From positions 1,920,001-1,984,000 of the forward strand of contig CBDFIJ010000004.1 in the NCBI GenBank assembly GCA_965248055.1: DNA of 64,000 nucleotides. Reading direction: 5' to 3'. Each line of letters starts with the position of its first letter. Within the stretch, counting starts at the first letter, position 1. This document shows positions 60,401 to 64,000 of this stretch, in pieces. Below the pieces are notes generated by a model. The model was not told the DNA's origin and did no database searches. It worked only from the letters and a program-made list of their open reading frames with translations. Made by a program: the position numbers and the translations under genes. The stretch is from Candidatus Multivoradales bacterium (lineage in GTDB: Bacteria > Acidobacteriota > Thermoanaerobaculia > Multivoradales > JAHEKO01).

Positions 60401-62062
60401 ATGGCTAGTCGAAACAAACTAATTATCATTACTGCAATCGCGTTGCTCGCAGTCGGAATGACTGGTGTAAGCGCAGCCCCTGGCGATTTGGCAGCGGCAA
60501 GCGTCAGCCCAAGTGCCGTAGCGTTCTCTGCCAATGGAGGAGCTAACAACTGGCAACTGTCTGTCTCCGGCCCTGGCGACATCTCTTTTAGCCTGCAGTC
60601 ACGGGGAAATCCTCCTGCGTTGCAGCTATCCCATCGTGGAGTCAATCTTCCGGACGGGAGCTACACCTATGAACTGCGTGGCTGGACACAAGGCGCCGCT
60701 CCACAGTCGGACTCGAAAGCCAATGGGCGTGGACTATTAGTTCAAGAAGGCAATGCAGTATCGCGTGGCGAGTCGGTCAGTGGCACCGTGACCATTCGCA
60801 GTGGCCGGTTCGTCGCCCCGACCGAAGAAGGCACTTCTGTGAGAGGTGAATCTTCGGTGAACAGTGGAACTTCAGAGAACATTGGCGAGGTCAACCCCAG
60901 CACCCAAGTCATCCTCATGGACTTGGTGGTTCAGGGCAGCGAGTGTGTAGGCTTCGACTGCTCCAGCAGCCCCTCGTTCGGCTTTGACACCCTGCGCCTC
61001 AAGGAAAACAACCTACGTGTCAAGTTCGACGATACGAGTACCAGCGCGAGCTTCCCCAACCGAGACTGGCAGATCACTATCAATGACTCGGCCAATGGCG
61101 GTGCCAACAAGTTCTCGATTGATGACATCACTGGCGGACGGACACCATTCACCATCGAGGCCAACGCTCCTTCCAATTCTCTCTTTGTTGACGATGGAGG
61201 TCGGCTCGGTCTTGGTACGGCGACCCCAGTGGTTGATGTCCACGTCGTCAGCGGCAACACACCGACCTTGCGCTTAGAGCAAGACGGCTCATCCGGCTTC
61301 GCCCCTCAAACCTGGGATGTCGCTGGCAACGAAGCGAACTTCTTTGTTCGCGACGCCACCAATGGTTCGCAACTTCCTTTCAAGATCAAGCCGGGTGCGG
61401 ATAGTGGGTCCTTGTTCATTGCGGCTGATAACGACATTGGCATAGGCACCGAAAGCCCTGGGACAGATACGGATTTGCACATTCGAAGAACGGACGCAGC
61501 CCCCACTAGGCTGCAGGTTGAAAACGCGAATGGAGCAGGCCAAACAACGGCGATACGTTTAACAAATGCAAGCAATGAGTGGGACCATCGCCTACTCGGA
61601 AATGGAAATTTCGCCATCACCAGCACCGCAGTGAGCGGTCAGCAATTGTTGATCAACGGGTCAACCGGTGAAGTAACGGTCGCCGGCGATTTTACCGTCA
61701 GTGGCACCAAGAACTTCGGTGTTTCCGATCCTGAGGACAAGAGCAAGTGGATCTACTTCTCCGCTCTTGAGGGCCCAGAGGCCGGAACTTACTACCGCGG
61801 AACAGCACGCACGGTTGACGGGAAAGCGGTGATCGAAATGCCTGACTACTTCAGCAAGATGACAGAGTCGGAGGGGTTGACGGTTCAGCTCACCCCGGTC
61901 GGCGGCTGGCACCAGTTGTACGTGGCTAGCAAATCGTCAGAAGAGCTAGTCATCCGTGATACCAGCGGAACCGAGCCGGTGGAATTCGACTTCATCGTTC
62001 AAGGGATTCGTACCGGCTACTCGGATTTTGCCGTGGAGCGTCCTGCTCCCGAAGATATGTAG
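60401..62062 (+). CDS. Secreted tail-fibre-like / adhesin protein
   Basis: Signal peptide; GxLGxGT.TP..LHV fibre repeats; C-terminal SGTKNF..LEGPE..YRG..VQLTP..FDFIVQG domain. Confidence 0.7.
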   Translation: MASRNKLIIITAIALLAVGMTGVSAAPGDLAAASVSPSAVAFSANGGANNWQLSVSGPGDISFSLQSRGNPPALQLSHRGVNLPDGSYTYELRGWTQGAAPQSDSKANGRGLLVQEGNAVSRGESVSGTVTIRSGRFVAPTEEGTSVRGESSVNSGTSENIGEVNPSTQVILMDLVVQGSECVGFDCSSSPSFGFDTLRLKENNLRVKFDDTSTSASFPNRDWQITINDSANGGANKFSIDDITGGRTPFTIEANAPSNSLFVDDGGRLGLGTATPVVDVHVVSGNTPTLRLEQDGSSGFAPQTWDVAGNEANFFVRDATNGSQLPFKIKPGADSGSLFIAADNDIGIGTESPGTDTDLHIRRTDAAPTRLQVENANGAGQTTAIRLTNASNEWDHRLLGNGNFAITSTAVSGQQLLINGSTGEVTVAGDFTVSGTKNFGVSDPEDKSKWIYFSALEGPEAGTYYRGTARTVDGKAVIEMPDYFSKMTESEGLTVQLTPVGGWHQLYVASKSSEELVIRDTSGTEPVEFDFIVQGIRTGYSDFAVERPAPEDM

Positions 62063-62083
62063 TTACACGAATTAGCTATTTTG

Positions 62084-62113
62084 AAAGGCGGGCCTCCTTG
62101 GCCCGTCTTTTTT
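62084..62113 (+). terminator. Intrinsic terminator
   Basis: AAAGGCGGGCC-TCCTT-GGCCCGTCTTT followed by T run. Confidence 0.85.
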
Positions 62114-62117
62114 GTCT

Positions 62118-62137
62118 CTAGCAGCCTGCTGAAAAAC
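62118..62137. mobile_element. Putative terminal IR of the IS5-family element
   Basis: CTAG-CAGCCTGCTGAAAAAC resembles IS5-family ends; lies 3' of the minus-strand IS5 transposase. Confidence 0.55.
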
Positions 62138-62224
62138 GGGCAACGGAGCTGAATTCAGTGGTCATAACGGTCGAAGTACTTTGAATGTGGAGACGAATCA
62201 AGGTGGCTGGCGAGTTGAGGGTGC

Positions 62225-63313
62225 GACGCCGATACGCTCAGACACGATCCATTGCTTAAGACAGTGTGTGATCGGACACCCAATGATCCAGTAGGTCTGT
62301 CCTCCCAGCCGACGCTGTCACGGTTTGAGAATGCTCCAGATGGCTTGACGTTAAGACGCTTAACGCGTTGGCTGGAACAGAGCTGGATTGACGCCTTGCC
62401 AGAGTCGACAAGCGAGATCATCTTGGATATCGACGCTACCGATGATGAAACCCACGGCCAGCAGCAGCGTTCCTTCTTCCACGGCTTCTACGATCACCAT
62501 ATGTACCACCCGCTGATGGTCTACGACGGCGACAGTGGACAGCTCGTTAGTGCCTTCTTGCGTCCGGGTAACACTCACTCCAGCCGCGGTGCTTTGGGCT
62601 TGCTGCGACGATTGATCGGTCGCCTTAAACAGCGTTTTCCCGAAGTCGCTATCGTGGTGCGAGGAGATGCCGGTTTCGCCATGCCTAAGCTCATGAAAGC
62701 ACTTGAAAAGCTTGATGTGGACTACCTGTTTGGCATCGCCAAGAACGCTCGGCTCAAACGCCTTGCCGAACCGACGATGGATTGGGCCGAAGAGATGTTT
62801 GATCGCTCAGAGACTACCGTCAAGCGGTTCACCAGCTTCGAGTACGCCGCTCGAAGCTGGCCCTATACTCGACGCATCATCGCCAAGGCCGAACACTCGG
62901 CCTTTGGACCCAATCCGCGCTTCGTGGTCACTTCGCTCGAAGGCTTCGACGCCGAAACGCTCTATCGAGCCTACACCCAGCGCGGTTTGTGCGAACTCTG
63001 GATCAAGGACTTCAAATGCGCCCTGGCGGCTGATCGGCTTTCGTGCTCAAGTTTTGCCGCCAATAGCTTCCGTCTCTTGCTCCACGCGGCCGCCTACCGA
63101 CTCCTTCACGCCCTTAGACAAGAAGCTGCCATGGTCTCTCCAGAACTCGGCCGAGCCCAATTCGATACCCTTAGGCTTCGACTGCTCAAAGTAGCAGCGA
63201 TTGTGCGCCAAAGTGTACGGCGCTTGTCGATCCAGTTACCCAGAGCCTACCCCTGGAGCTACGCCTTCGCCTGGCTCGCTCAGCGCATCAACGCTCCGCC
63301 TCTTCTCGCCTGA
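62225..63313 (+). pseudogene. IS1380 DDE transposase lacking N-terminus
   Basis: SQPTLSRFEN, LDIDATDD, LRPGN, VRGDAGF, YTQRGLCELWIKDFK, TLRLRLLK. Confidence 0.85.
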
Positions 63314-63499
63314 AAAACCCCAGACAGAACAACTGCCTCCTTGTTCAACTCCACCGTCGAACTGTGTCCGAACCTCGCTCTACCAACACTCACAAACGCC
63401 TTCTCGCCATTAGCCTCTGACAACCAAACATTTTCAACTGCTCAGCGTGACCAAAACTGACCTTCTCAATACAAATTCAAACCTCATGAATAATGCAGG
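62225..63499 (+). mobile_element. IS1380-family element, 5'-truncated
   Basis: Transposase frame begins abruptly at DADTLRHDPLLK; right end TCATGAATAATGCAGG followed by CTAG. Confidence 0.85.
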
Positions 63500-64000
63500 C
63501 TAGCCCGCTGCTCCAGCATGGCCAGAGCCGCTGTTGTCTCACCGTTGCCGGTGACGATGTTGACCTCGGTGTTGACAATCATCCCGTGCCGGTTCTCGAC
63601 CAGAATGTTGCCCCGGTAGCTTAGTTTTGCTTCCTTACCACGGCCTTTTCGCGACAGCCGAGACTCGGGGTCGGTCGTCGAAGCGTGCGTTTGGTTCAAC
63701 CGCTTCTGGCCTCGGAAGTCCGCTCCACCGTCCAGAGGTTTAACCTCTTCGTCCTTTGGCCGAAAGCTCTTGTGCGAAGCCCAAGCCTCGATCAGTGTGC
63801 CATCAACGCTGAAGTGATCCGGTGACAGCAGATCACGGTCCTCGGCTTGAGACAGCACCGCTGCAAACAGTTCTTCCGCGATCGAACCTTCGAGCAAGCG
63901 CTCTCGGTTCTTGCAAAACGTCGTCGCGTCCCACACCCGCTCGTCGATACCAAGACCGACAAACCAGCGAAATAGAAGGTTGTACTCAAGTTGCTCCATC
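63500..64000 (-). pseudogene. IS5-family transposase interrupted by IS1380; 5' part outside window
   Basis: EQLEYNLLFRWFVGL, HFSVDGTLIEAWASHKSF, HASTTDPESRL; frame cut at CTAG 63500-63503. Confidence 0.88.

Overview
Bacterial chromosomal replication-origin region, probably Acidobacteriota/Thermoanaerobaculia (inferred from gene content and the tmRNA tag ANDNLALAA). The core is gyrA-gyrB-recF-dnaN-[oriC with DnaA boxes, IHF-like site and DnaA-trios]-dnaA. A ~9 kb block (sppA, mutY, class-III aminotransferase, recR-ybaB-dnaX, SRP RNA, tadA, two tRNA-Ser) separates dnaA from rpmH-rnpA-yidD-yidC-jag. An inverted [LAGLIDADG-like ORF]-rsmG unit follows, then parS-parA-parB, pyrD/pyrF, lepB, comEA, mtnA, tmRNA and dusB. 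The right end is accessory DNA: an FG-GAP + TPR pair, a rearranged ISKra4-like element with TIRs and a 9-bp TSD, a secreted tail-fibre-like protein, and IS1380 nested in IS5. Most interesting observations: (1) ~91-92 bp structured repeat arrays start right after the CCA of both tRNA-Ser genes and carry up to 14 nt complementary to those tRNAs; (2) a stand-alone LAGLIDADG-like gene sits beside parS; (3) a Cys-rich radical SAM / metallophosphoesterase / ArsV-like flavoprotein cluster; (4) a DUF4062-TPR protein with near-identical 120-bp repeats varying at fixed codons; (5) an E. coli-type A_AAA_AAG -1 frameshift candidate in dnaX; (6) an internal inversion plus deletion in the ISKra4-like element. 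All calls are by eye from motifs; no database searches were run.
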